DNA from: Candidatus Aminicenantes bacterium
GTDB taxonomy: Bacteria > Acidobacteriota > Aminicenantia > Aminicenantales > Aminicenantaceae
Length of the DNA: 64,000 nucleotides
Reading direction: 5' to 3'
NCBI GenBank assembly: GCA_011773465.1
Contig: WVXO01000061.1
Span: 50,347-114,346, forward strand
Part shown: positions 56,337 to 64,000 of the stretch, piece after piece
Position numbering within the stretch: the first letter of the stretch is position 1
Layout: every line of letters begins with the position of its first letter
The notes under the pieces: generated by a model
Database searches by the model: none
What the model was told of the DNA's origin: nothing
Seen by the model: the letters and a program-made list of their open reading frames with translations, nothing else
Program-made: the position numbers and the translations under genes

Positions 56337-56415
56337 GGGATCAGGTCTTGCTTTTTGCCTTTATGTATATATTACGTTTTTATGAGTAATAATGGCAAAA
56401 AGCAAGATCTAATCC
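56337..56415. repeat. Family-A palindromic repeat unit (~79 bp), the best-preserved copy
   Basis: GGGATCAGGTCTTGCTTTTTGCC ... GGCAAAAAGCAAGATCTAATCC form a ~22-bp imperfect inverted repeat. Confidence 0.75.
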
Positions 56416-56472
56416 TGGTAAACCTTTGCTTTCCTCTTGCGTATCATATAATGTAAAATATTAATACGGAAG

Positions 56473-57708
56473 ATGGCCAGAATAAACTTTAATGAATCTG
56501 TTTCTATGGCCATGAGCTCTCTCTGGTCAAATAAATTAAGGACTTTCCTGACGCTATTGGGCATCATCATCGGAGTCCTCACTATTATCGCGGTTGTTTC
56601 AATCATCCAGGGTCTGAATAACTATGTCTATACAAAATTTGCTTTCTATGGTGCTAACGATTTTTCAGTCTCTAAATTCTCCATGACTGGAGGTTCCTTG
56701 AAGGAATGGCGGGAAATGCTCAAACGAAAAAATCTGACCATAGATGACATGAGGCTTATCCGCAATCAGTGCAAATCATGTGAGCTTGTGGGAGCAACTG
56801 TTAATGCTATGAGGACCGTAAAATTCAGAAATCAATACTTAAAAGACGTGAATATAAGAGGAGTTACTCATCTTGACCACATAATAGGATCAGTTGTGGA
56901 GCTGGAAAGAGGGCGGCACTTTCAAAGAGAGGATGAAGAGCACTCCCGTTATGTCTGTATCATCGGAGCAGATATAGTAGAGAAATTGTTTCCCTATCTG
57001 GACCCACTGGGCAAGCAGATAAAAATTGGCCCCCACAATTTTTTAGTTGTCGGCCTTGGAGAAAAGAAAGGAAAAGTTATAGGATTTAGTCAAGACAACT
57101 ACGTTCGCATCCCCATCACAACTTTCCATAAAATATACGGCTCAAGAAGAAGTATCGAGATCAATATTCACACCCTTTCACAGGAACAGTTAGAAACAGC
57201 CCAAGAAGAAGTGAGGACAATCCTTCGATCCAAACGCCATCTTTCATTCGATGACCCTGACGATTTTTCTTTTGCGAGCTCAGAGACTTTTATTCAGATG
57301 TACAAAACACTGACTTCAAGCATCTATTTCGCCATGATTGCTATCTCTTCAATTGCTCTTTTAGTGGGAGGTATTGTGGTCATGAATATCATGCTCGTTG
57401 CTGTCACGGAAAGAACAAAGGAGATAGGTATTCGTATGGCAATAGGCGCTCGCCGTAATGACATATTAGTCCAATTTCTAATCGAGGCTTCTGCCATTTC
57501 CACAACTGGCGGAATAATAGGCATCCTCATCGGGTTTGCGATTGCCAAGATCTTCACGGCCGCTACCTCTTGGCCTTCGAGCATAGAGCCTGTCTCTATC
57601 GCAGTGGCCATTCTTGTCTCAGCTTCTGTGGGCATCTTCTTCGGCATTTACCCTGCAAATAAAGCCGCAAAGCTTGATCCCATCGAAGCTTTAAGGGCAG
57701 AACAATGA
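56473..57708 (+). CDS. MacB/FtsX-family ABC transporter permease (MacB periplasmic domain)
   Basis: N-terminal SLWSNKLRTFLTLLGIIIGV, a large periplasmic loop, and a C-terminal FtsX domain with TKEIGIRMAIGA. Confidence 0.85.
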   Translation: MARINFNESVSMAMSSLWSNKLRTFLTLLGIIIGVLTIIAVVSIIQGLNNYVYTKFAFYGANDFSVSKFSMTGGSLKEWREMLKRKNLTIDDMRLIRNQCKSCELVGATVNAMRTVKFRNQYLKDVNIRGVTHLDHIIGSVVELERGRHFQREDEEHSRYVCIIGADIVEKLFPYLDPLGKQIKIGPHNFLVVGLGEKKGKVIGFSQDNYVRIPITTFHKIYGSRRSIEINIHTLSQEQLETAQEEVRTILRSKRHLSFDDPDDFSFASSETFIQMYKTLTSSIYFAMIAISSIALLVGGIVVMNIMLVAVTERTKEIGIRMAIGARRNDILVQFLIEASAISTTGGIIGILIGFAIAKIFTAATSWPSSIEPVSIAVAILVSASVGIFFGIYPANKAAKLDPIEALRAEQ

Positions 57709-58949
57709 GATTAGGAATCCTTAAAGAAATTATCCAGATGGCTCTTGATTCCCTTAGGACCCATAAACTCCGATCTTTCTTAACGCTGCTGGGAATCATG
57801 ATCGGGGTGATGACGGTAATCGGGATGGTTTCCATTATCCAGGGCTTAAACCGTTCCGTTATCGGTGAACTTGAATCAGTTGGCTCGGATTTGATCTTTG
57901 TGAGCAAGCACGAGCCCATTCAAATGGGCCACCGTTCAGAGGAAGAAAGGCAGAGAAAAGACCTTACGTTCGATGATGCCCTGGCCATAGAAAAGGAATG
58001 TTCATTGGTCAAAGCTGTGGCTGTAGACCTCGTTGCCGATTATTGGGAGAGCATCCCGATCAAATACCAGAATATTACAAGCCTGGATTCCATAATATTG
58101 GGAATGAACGAAAAATTCCCTCAAGTTATTTCTGTTTATCTTCCGGAAGAAGGAAGATTCTTGATAGAATCAGATATTATCCATAGCACCAAAGTCTGTG
58201 TTCTCGGTTCTGAACTCAATGAGACTCTCTTTCCGCATACAAACGCTCTGGGAAAAGAGATAAGGATCGGCCCGGAAAAATTCACCGTTGTGGGCGTTCT
58301 TGAAAAAAGGGGCAGCATTTTCGGACAGAGTCAGGACAATTTTGCAGGTATCCCCATCACTACCCTGATGAAATATTATCCCTACCACCTTTCAGAAATC
58401 GAGATCACAGCCGTACCCAAAAAACACGGCTATCTGGACGAAACCATCGAACAGATAACCAACGTTCTTCGAAGAAGAAGAAAAGTCGAATTTGGAAAAC
58501 CAAACGATTTTGTCGTCTCCACCCAGGGCACCTTTGTTGAACTTTATAACCAGATTACCGGAGCCGTCTACATGGTCATGGTTGTTATCTCTTCCATAGG
58601 TCTTCTCGTTGGTGGAATCGGAGTCATGAACATCATGCTTGTTTCCGTCAAGGAAAGAACAAGGGAAATCGGAATACGAAAAGCCATCGGAGCCCGCTCA
58701 TCAGATATCCTGAAGCAGTTTCTTATCGAGGCAATTTTTCTGACCGGCACAGGAGGCGCTTTAGGTGTAATTATCGGATTCGCGATTGCTTTCTTGGTGA
58801 GAGCTGCGACTCCTCTTCCGACTTCTGTCACCTCCTGGTCAATTATCTTAGGATTATTTGTCTCAATCTCTGTGGGGCTTTTCTTTGGTATTTTCCCTGC
58901 CAGAAAAGCAGCCAATTTGGACCCGATTGTTTCTTTAAGATACGAATAA
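57705..58949 (+). CDS. MacB/FtsX-family ABC transporter permease, tandem paralog
   Basis: Same architecture (SLRTHKLRSFLTLLGIMIGV, TREIGIRKAIGA). 4-nt overlap with the upstream paralog. Confidence 0.85.
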   Translation: MRLGILKEIIQMALDSLRTHKLRSFLTLLGIMIGVMTVIGMVSIIQGLNRSVIGELESVGSDLIFVSKHEPIQMGHRSEEERQRKDLTFDDALAIEKECSLVKAVAVDLVADYWESIPIKYQNITSLDSIILGMNEKFPQVISVYLPEEGRFLIESDIIHSTKVCVLGSELNETLFPHTNALGKEIRIGPEKFTVVGVLEKRGSIFGQSQDNFAGIPITTLMKYYPYHLSEIEITAVPKKHGYLDETIEQITNVLRRRRKVEFGKPNDFVVSTQGTFVELYNQITGAVYMVMVVISSIGLLVGGIGVMNIMLVSVKERTREIGIRKAIGARSSDILKQFLIEAIFLTGTGGALGVIIGFAIAFLVRAATPLPTSVTSWSIILGLFVSISVGLFFGIFPARKAANLDPIVSLRYE

Positions 58950-58982
58950 GCAACAGGAATACACCTTAAAAATCTTAACGTA

Positions 58983-59160
58983 AGGGTTTGATTTATCAAA
59001 CCCACCTTTGATTGATCTGCTTGTAGGGATTTGATTTATCAAACCCACCTTTGATTGATCTGCTTGTAGGGGTTTGATTTATCAAACCCACCGTTTTATT
59101 TGGAGATTCAAGAAAGCGGGCTTGATGAATCAAGCCCCTACGATGAACCAATCCCCTACA
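58983..59160. repeat. Family-B REP-like cluster: a 42-43-bp tandem repeat (about 2.6 copies) plus oppositely oriented variant copies
   Basis: (GTAA/GTAG)GGGTTTGATTTATCAAACCCACCTTTGATTGATCTGCTT repeats at 58983-59092. GGGCTTGATGAATCAAGCCCCTAC lies at 59118-59141, and a CCAATCCCCTACA half-copy follows. Confidence 0.85.
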
Positions 59161-59190
59161 GGATGGACTGCTTTCTAAATAATTAAGTTT

Positions 59191-60402
59191 TTAAAGGTCT
59201 GGTCCCATCTTTTTTTTGATGAATTCAAAGGCTCTTTCCAAGGCCTGCTCGAGATTCTCCTTCTCTTCTCCAGCGACCTCAACCAAAGAAGGCCTTCCTC
59301 CCCCCTTTCCTTTTATTAGAGGAGACACAAGAGGAACAGCTTCTCTCATATCGATATCGAGATTCTCAGATCTGGCCAGGATAAGATGTCCTCGTTCTTT
59401 TCCCTTCAGGCCAAAGAGAACAACAAAATCCCCCTTTCTTATGATACTTAATACAAGAAACCTTACCTCTTCTAGTGTTTTCTCGACAAAAACTCTTTTT
59501 ATCACCTTCCCCTTTGCTTCCTGAATGATCTCCTGAGCTTCGTATCGGGCAAGTTTTTCCTGCATCTTCTTCCAATTTCTCTTTTGAGACTTTAGATCGG
59601 AAGAAAGTTTCTCAACAGTGGAGAGAATCTCCCCTTCATTAACAGTGAACATGGTGGAAAGTTCACGAAGAGTTCTGTTTTTCCTTAAATAATCCTCTAA
59701 AGCTCTTCTGCCGCAGATGAATTCAAACCGGATATTGTTCCTTATTCTTTCCAGCCTTAGAATTTTTATCATGCCGATTTCACCTGTCCTGCGGACATGT
59801 GTTCCTCCACAGGCAGAAAAATCAAAATCCGACACCTCCACGACTCTAATGAGCCCCCTTTTTTTCGGCGGCCTTCTCAGCGGAATACTCTCAATTTTTT
59901 CTTCAGGAATGAAGTAGCATTTTATCTCTCTATCTTCAAACACAATCTCATTAGCCCGCCTTTCTATATTCTCAATCTCCTCTTCTGAAATCTTCCTTAA
60001 ATCCATCTCTAAGGTAGAAATAGCTTCTCCCAGATGGAAAGCGAGAGTCCCTGCACCTAAGACCTCATGAAAACTCTGGGAAAGAATGTGCTGACCTGAG
60101 TGCTGCTGCATATGGTCGAAGCGCGTCTGCCAGTCAATCTTTCCCTTTACTTTATTAGAGGATATATCCTCAGCAACAAGGTGTATAATCCTTGCCTCAT
60201 CTTCCAAAACCTTGAGCACTTCCACTTCATTTAATATACCCTTATCGCAGGGCTGCCCTCCCGATTCTGGATAAAAACATGTCTTATCAAGGATTAAGGC
60301 AGGTTTTTGCTCCCAAGTCACCTTTTCTACTGCTTGGGCCTCAAACTCAATCTGGTAAGGATTTTCAAGATATAGCCGCTTTGTTTCCTTTTTCATCTTC
60401 AC
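59191..60402 (-). CDS. alaX: Alanyl-tRNA editing protein AlaX-L (editing domain plus DHHA1-like C-terminus)
   Basis: HSGQHIL and CGGTHV zinc motifs. C-terminal GKGGGRPSLVEVAG. Confidence 0.85.
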   Translation of the reverse strand: MKMKKETKRLYLENPYQIEFEAQAVEKVTWEQKPALILDKTCFYPESGGQPCDKGILNEVEVLKVLEDEARIIHLVAEDISSNKVKGKIDWQTRFDHMQQHSGQHILSQSFHEVLGAGTLAFHLGEAISTLEMDLRKISEEEIENIERRANEIVFEDREIKCYFIPEEKIESIPLRRPPKKRGLIRVVEVSDFDFSACGGTHVRRTGEIGMIKILRLERIRNNIRFEFICGRRALEDYLRKNRTLRELSTMFTVNEGEILSTVEKLSSDLKSQKRNWKKMQEKLARYEAQEIIQEAKGKVIKRVFVEKTLEEVRFLVLSIIRKGDFVVLFGLKGKERGHLILARSENLDIDMREAVPLVSPLIKGKGGGRPSLVEVAGEEKENLEQALERAFEFIKKKMGPDL

Positions 60403-61067
60403 TCCTTCAAAGAAGCCAGGATACGGCGTGTGAGCTTAAAATGCTTCTTGGCAACCTTATCCAGAATTCCCACTTTATGGAGTTTGATAAGCCTCAGCCC
60501 GGCTTCCTCGACAAGAGATGATGAACCTTTAGGAAGGTCAATTCCTACATCTTGGGAGTGAAAATAAAGGCGTTTCAGGAATTCAGCTCTCGCCAGAATC
60601 GAAGCTGCAGCCACAGCCAGGTCTTCCTCAGCTTTTGGCCTCTGGATGAGCTCAATCTCCTTCCCTTTTTTCATTAGAGCATTTAAAACAAAAGACTTAT
60701 CTCCAAACTGGTCTGTGACGGCAACAGAACAGTTTACTTCTTCCAGGATGTTCTCGATGGCGCGCGAATGAGCCCAGGCAAGGATTCTATTAAGATTTCT
60801 CAGCTTTGTATAAAGCTCATTATACCTTTCAGGGCCGATAGCGACCAAGGAATGCTTGTATCCCTTTCTCAGGAGGGCGGCCAATTCACTGACACGATTA
60901 TCAGAGATCTTTTTGCTGTCTTTAATACCCAGTTCAATAAGGACATTCTGCTGCTCTTCCGGAACGAATACCCCTGCGACGACAAGAGGACCGAAATAGT
61001 CTCCCTTTCCAGACTCATCTGTCCCAATTCGTCCTTTTTCGGGTGGGAATAACTTAGGTTGCCGCAT
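60399..61067 (-). CDS. rnhC: RNase HIII-type ribonuclease H, catalytic domain only
   Basis: GTDESGKGDYFGPLVVAGV, LNRILAWAHSRAIEN, VAAASILAR and DLPKGSS match RNase HIII. At 222 aa it has no N-terminal substrate-binding domain. Confidence 0.78.
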   Translation of the reverse strand: MRQPKLFPPEKGRIGTDESGKGDYFGPLVVAGVFVPEEQQNVLIELGIKDSKKISDNRVSELAALLRKGYKHSLVAIGPERYNELYTKLRNLNRILAWAHSRAIENILEEVNCSVAVTDQFGDKSFVLNALMKKGKEIELIQRPKAEEDLAVAAASILARAEFLKRLYFHSQDVGIDLPKGSSSLVEEAGLRLIKLHKVGILDKVAKKHFKLTRRILASLKE

Positions 61068-61084
61068 TAAACTTGCCTAAATTC

Positions 61085-62383
61085 TCAGCGCAAAAGATAT
61101 CGATCTTTAGCTTCTTTTTTTAAATCTGGTCTGAATTTAGGGTGAGCAACGTTTATCAGGGCTATGGTTCTCTCCTGCAAGTTTTTTCCATGGAGATAGG
61201 CAATTCCGTATTCTGTTACTACATATTTGACATCAGCTCTGGTTGTGACTACACCCGCTCCTTTTTTCAAAAAAGGAACAATCCTGGAGACCTCTCCATT
61301 CTTTGCTGTTGAATGAAGAGCAATTATAGGTTTCCCTCCTTTTGAATGAGCCGCTCCGCGAATGAAGTCAACCTGCCCGCCAAAGCCGCTATAGATATAG
61401 GTGCCGATAGAGTCAGAGCAGACCTGACCAGTTATATCCACTTCTATGGCAGAATTGATGGCGATCATATTATCATTTCTCGAAACATTAAAAGGGTGAT
61501 TCGTATAATCAGTAGGATGGGCTTCGAGAACAGGATTATTATCAGCAAACTCATAAAGCTTCTTGGAGCCCAAAATAAAGGTTAGAATGACTTTGTTAGG
61601 ATGAAAAGTCTTCTTGGCTCCAGTGATGATTCCTGCTTCGATGGCTTCCATAACTCCATCAGAAACCATTTCGGTATGTATACCTAAATCCCGCCTTTCT
61701 TTTAAAGCAGAAAGGACAGCATCTGGAATTCCTCCGATTCCTAACTGCAGAGTGGATCCATCCTCGATCAATTCCGCTATAAAATGACCTATTTTTCTTT
61801 CTACCTCACTAAAAGGTTTTCTCTTAAGTTCAGGCAGTTCCTCGGATATCTCAACAATCTTGTCGACTCGCGATACATGGATAAAGGAATCCCCTAAAAC
61901 ACGAGGCATCTTCTCATTCACCTGAGCTATTACCTTTTTTGCTCTATCTGCAGCAGCCTTGGAAGCCAACACTTCAACTCCAAAGCTCATGAATCCGTGC
62001 TCATCAGGAGGGGAAAGATGAAGCATAGCAGCATCTAGAGGCATTTGTTCTGAATAAATAAGGTTAGGAATCTGGTGTAAAAAGATGGGAATGTAATCGG
62101 CCCTTCCCTCGTTGATAGCTTCCCTGTCTGCAGGACCGACAAACAGGGAATTATGACGAAAATGACCTTCCATCTCCGGTTTGGAGAGAGGATCCTCTCC
62201 TAAAAGAAGAACATGAACAAGTTCAACTTCCTCCAGCTCATCCTTCCTTCGAGCTAAGGAATTCATCAAGACGTAAGGAGTAGCTGCATTGCCGCTGATA
62301 TAAACCCGGTCATCACTCTTTATAAAAGAGACTGCTTCGTCAGAAGTTACCAACTTTTTTTTATAGTCGTCAACCCAGCTCAT
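61085..62383 (-). CDS. Acetyl-CoA hydrolase/transferase family protein (4-hydroxybutyrate CoA-transferase-like)
   Basis: Typical N-terminus (KLVTSDEAVSFIKSDDRVYISGNAATP), GIGGIPDAV and GFGGQVDFIRGA. Confidence 0.85.
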   Translation of the reverse strand: MSWVDDYKKKLVTSDEAVSFIKSDDRVYISGNAATPYVLMNSLARRKDELEEVELVHVLLLGEDPLSKPEMEGHFRHNSLFVGPADREAINEGRADYIPIFLHQIPNLIYSEQMPLDAAMLHLSPPDEHGFMSFGVEVLASKAAADRAKKVIAQVNEKMPRVLGDSFIHVSRVDKIVEISEELPELKRKPFSEVERKIGHFIAELIEDGSTLQLGIGGIPDAVLSALKERRDLGIHTEMVSDGVMEAIEAGIITGAKKTFHPNKVILTFILGSKKLYEFADNNPVLEAHPTDYTNHPFNVSRNDNMIAINSAIEVDITGQVCSDSIGTYIYSGFGGQVDFIRGAAHSKGGKPIIALHSTAKNGEVSRIVPFLKKGAGVVTTRADVKYVVTEYGIAYLHGKNLQERTIALINVAHPKFRPDLKKEAKDRYLLR

Positions 62384-62550
62384 TCAGATCCTCAAAATAT
62401 CTATACATAGCACAGAATATATTATTTATTAATTTCTTTTTCATTCTTCTAATTCAAATAATTCTTTTTTCCTTATATATACTTTATTATACTTTTCTTT
62501 ACTTTTATGCCTGGCGCACTTGTTCCGTGCTGTTCGTTTAGATAATGTCT

Positions 62551-62708
62551 GATGAATCAAATTCCTATATCTAAATTAAGAAAATGTGGGTTTGATAAAT
62601 CAAACCCCTACAATAAACGCAGGTTTGATATATCATACCCCTGCATCCTTGAATTATCAAAATGTGGGTTTGATGAATCAAACCCCTACAAATAAATCAA
62701 GCCCATAG
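62551..62708. repeat. Family-B REP-like cluster (three hairpin copies plus half-copies)
   Basis: GGGTTTGATAAATCAAACCCCTACAA at 62588-62613. Degenerate GGTTTGATATATCATACCCCTGCA at 62622-62645. GGGTTTGATGAATCAAACCCCTACAA at 62666-62691. AATCAAGCCCATAG at 62695-62708. Confidence 0.85.
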
Positions 62709-62711
62709 ATC

Positions 62712-64000
62712 TCATTTTTTATTTTTAGGGCTTTGGACCTTGGGTTTTCTCTTTTTTGTATTCAGGTATTTGTGCATCTCAGCCGCAGCGACCCGGGCGT
62801 CTCCCATGGCAAGAATGACTGTAGCTCCACCCCGAATGATATCTCCTCCAGCATAAACTCCTTCGATGCTGGTGGCCATTGTGTCCCAATCAACTTCCAC
62901 ATTTCCCCATTTCCCGACATTGAGTTGAGGAGTAGTCTGAGGAATCAAAGGATTGGGGCTCTGACCGATGGCAACCACAACCATATCCACTTCCATGATA
63001 AACTCTGAGCCTTCGATAGGAACTGGTCGACGTCTTCCGGAAGAATCAGGTTCTCCGAGCTTCATCTTCAAGCACTCCATAGCCTTAACCCGGCCTTTTT
63101 CATCCCCTATGTATCTTATTGGAGTCGTCAGGAAGTGAAACTCGATACCTTCCTCCTCCCCATGCTTGACTTCTTCAACCCTTGCCGGCATTTCTACTCT
63201 TGAACGACGGTAGACAATAGCCGCCAATTCTGCTCCCAGCCGCTTGGCTGTTCGGACAGAATCCATGGCCACATTCCCACCTCCTATGACGGCAACTCTC
63301 TTCCCTAAAAAAACAGGGGTATCATAATCAGGAAATTCATAAGCCCGCATCAGGTTTACCCGGGTTAAATATTCATTGGCTGAGTATATTCCTACCAGGT
63401 TTTCACCAGGAATCCTCATGAAATTCGGCAACCCGGCTCCTGTTCCTATGAAAAAAGCGTCGTACCCATCATTCTTTAGATCGTCAAGCGTTGCTGTTAG
63501 GCCCACTACAAAATTTTCCCGCAACTCTACGCCTAATTTTTCCAGGTACTCCACTTCTGACTTTAGGATACTTTTGGGCAGCCTGAATTCTGGAATCCCG
63601 TAGACTAAGACTCCGCCAGAGACGTGGAGCGCTTCGAAAATCGTAACCTTATGGCCGTTTCTCGCCATCTCTCCGGCAACTGTCAAACCTGCAGGTCCAG
63701 CTCCGATAACAGCCACTCTCATACCTGTTGCTGGCTTGATTTGAGGGATATAAACTTCTCCTTGTTGGCTCTCATAATCTGATACAAACCTCTCCAAATT
63801 TCCTATTTTCACACCCTCGCCTTTTGCCTTTTTTATGTTACAGGTCTCTTCGCATTGGACTTCCTGAGGGCACACACGGCCGCATATCGCCGGGAGACTA
63901 TTGGTCTCTCTTATTTTCCGAACACTCTGGACATAGTCTCCTATCTCTATAAGCTTTATAAAAGTGGGGATATCGATTCCTACGGGACAGCCCATAACAC
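62712..64000 (-). CDS. GltD/NfnB-family NAD(P)H-dependent FAD oxidoreductase (glutamate synthase small-subunit-like), 5' end outside the window
   Basis: CPVGIDIP, CGRVCPQEVQCEETC and two dinucleotide folds (VAVIGAGPAG, VAVIGGGNVAMD). The frame stays open to the window edge. Confidence 0.85.
   Translation of the reverse strand, partial: VMGCPVGIDIPTFIKLIEIGDYVQSVRKIRETNSLPAICGRVCPQEVQCEETCNIKKAKGEGVKIGNLERFVSDYESQQGEVYIPQIKPATGMRVAVIGAGPAGLTVAGEMARNGHKVTIFEALHVSGGVLVYGIPEFRLPKSILKSEVEYLEKLGVELRENFVVGLTATLDDLKNDGYDAFFIGTGAGLPNFMRIPGENLVGIYSANEYLTRVNLMRAYEFPDYDTPVFLGKRVAVIGGGNVAMDSVRTAKRLGAELAAIVYRRSRVEMPARVEEVKHGEEEGIEFHFLTTPIRYIGDEKGRVKAMECLKMKLGEPDSSGRRRPVPIEGSEFIMEVDMVVVAIGQSPNPLIPQTTPQLNVGKWGNVEVDWDTMATSIEGVYAGGDIIRGGATVILAMGDARVAAAEMHKYLNTKKRKPKVQSPKNKK

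Noticed and set aside
58983-59160. Possible CRISPR array (regularly spaced palindromic repeats); the same question applies to 55440-55530 and 62551-62708
   Set aside because: The sequences between hairpins are only 8-23 nt and are themselves repeated (identical 'spacers'). Copies occur in both orientations, and no cas genes or leader are present. REP/BIME-like elements fit better.

Overview
AT-rich chromosomal window from a diderm (Gram-negative-type) bacterium. Most of it is housekeeping and envelope genes. On the + strand: ftsEX, rodZ-like, an NtrY/NtrX-like two-component pair, an alanine:cation symporter, mgtE, recO, an S46 peptidase, tdh and kbl, a very large M14 peptidase, a Lon-like protease and two MacB-type permeases. 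On the - strand: a long block bamA-skp-fabZ-lpxA-lpxI, an operon ribH-nusB-lysS-lolC/E-lolD, plus alaX, rnhC and a CoA-transferase. The first 4.6 kb is the right end of a phage-like integrated element: a Zn-ribbon protein, the large terminase and a small basic protein, followed by an HTH-fused tyrosine integrase. I found no rRNA, tRNA or CRISPR array. The points I consider worth follow-up: (1) two dispersed intergenic repeat families. One is an ~80-bp palindromic MITE-like unit with GGGGTCAGGYCTTGC termini, at 6 loci. The other is a REP-like hairpin, GTAG + GGGTTTGAT-nn-ATCAAACCC, with tandem 18-bp and 42-43-bp arrays, at 4 loci. (2) Gene remnants lie next to the first family: a gatB 5' fragment that keeps a near-consensus promoter, and a pyrE 3' fragment. 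(3) Several proteins have altered signature motifs: a MIO ammonia-lyase with Ala-Cys-Gly, an NtrX-like activator with GALANA instead of GAFTGA, a Lon-like protease with degenerate Walker motifs, an RNase HIII lacking its N-domain, and an orphan CHC2 primase-type zinc-finger protein. (4) ftsX lacks a canonical start codon and the rodZ-like gene looks leaderless. No complete novel multi-gene system could be demonstrated from sequence alone.
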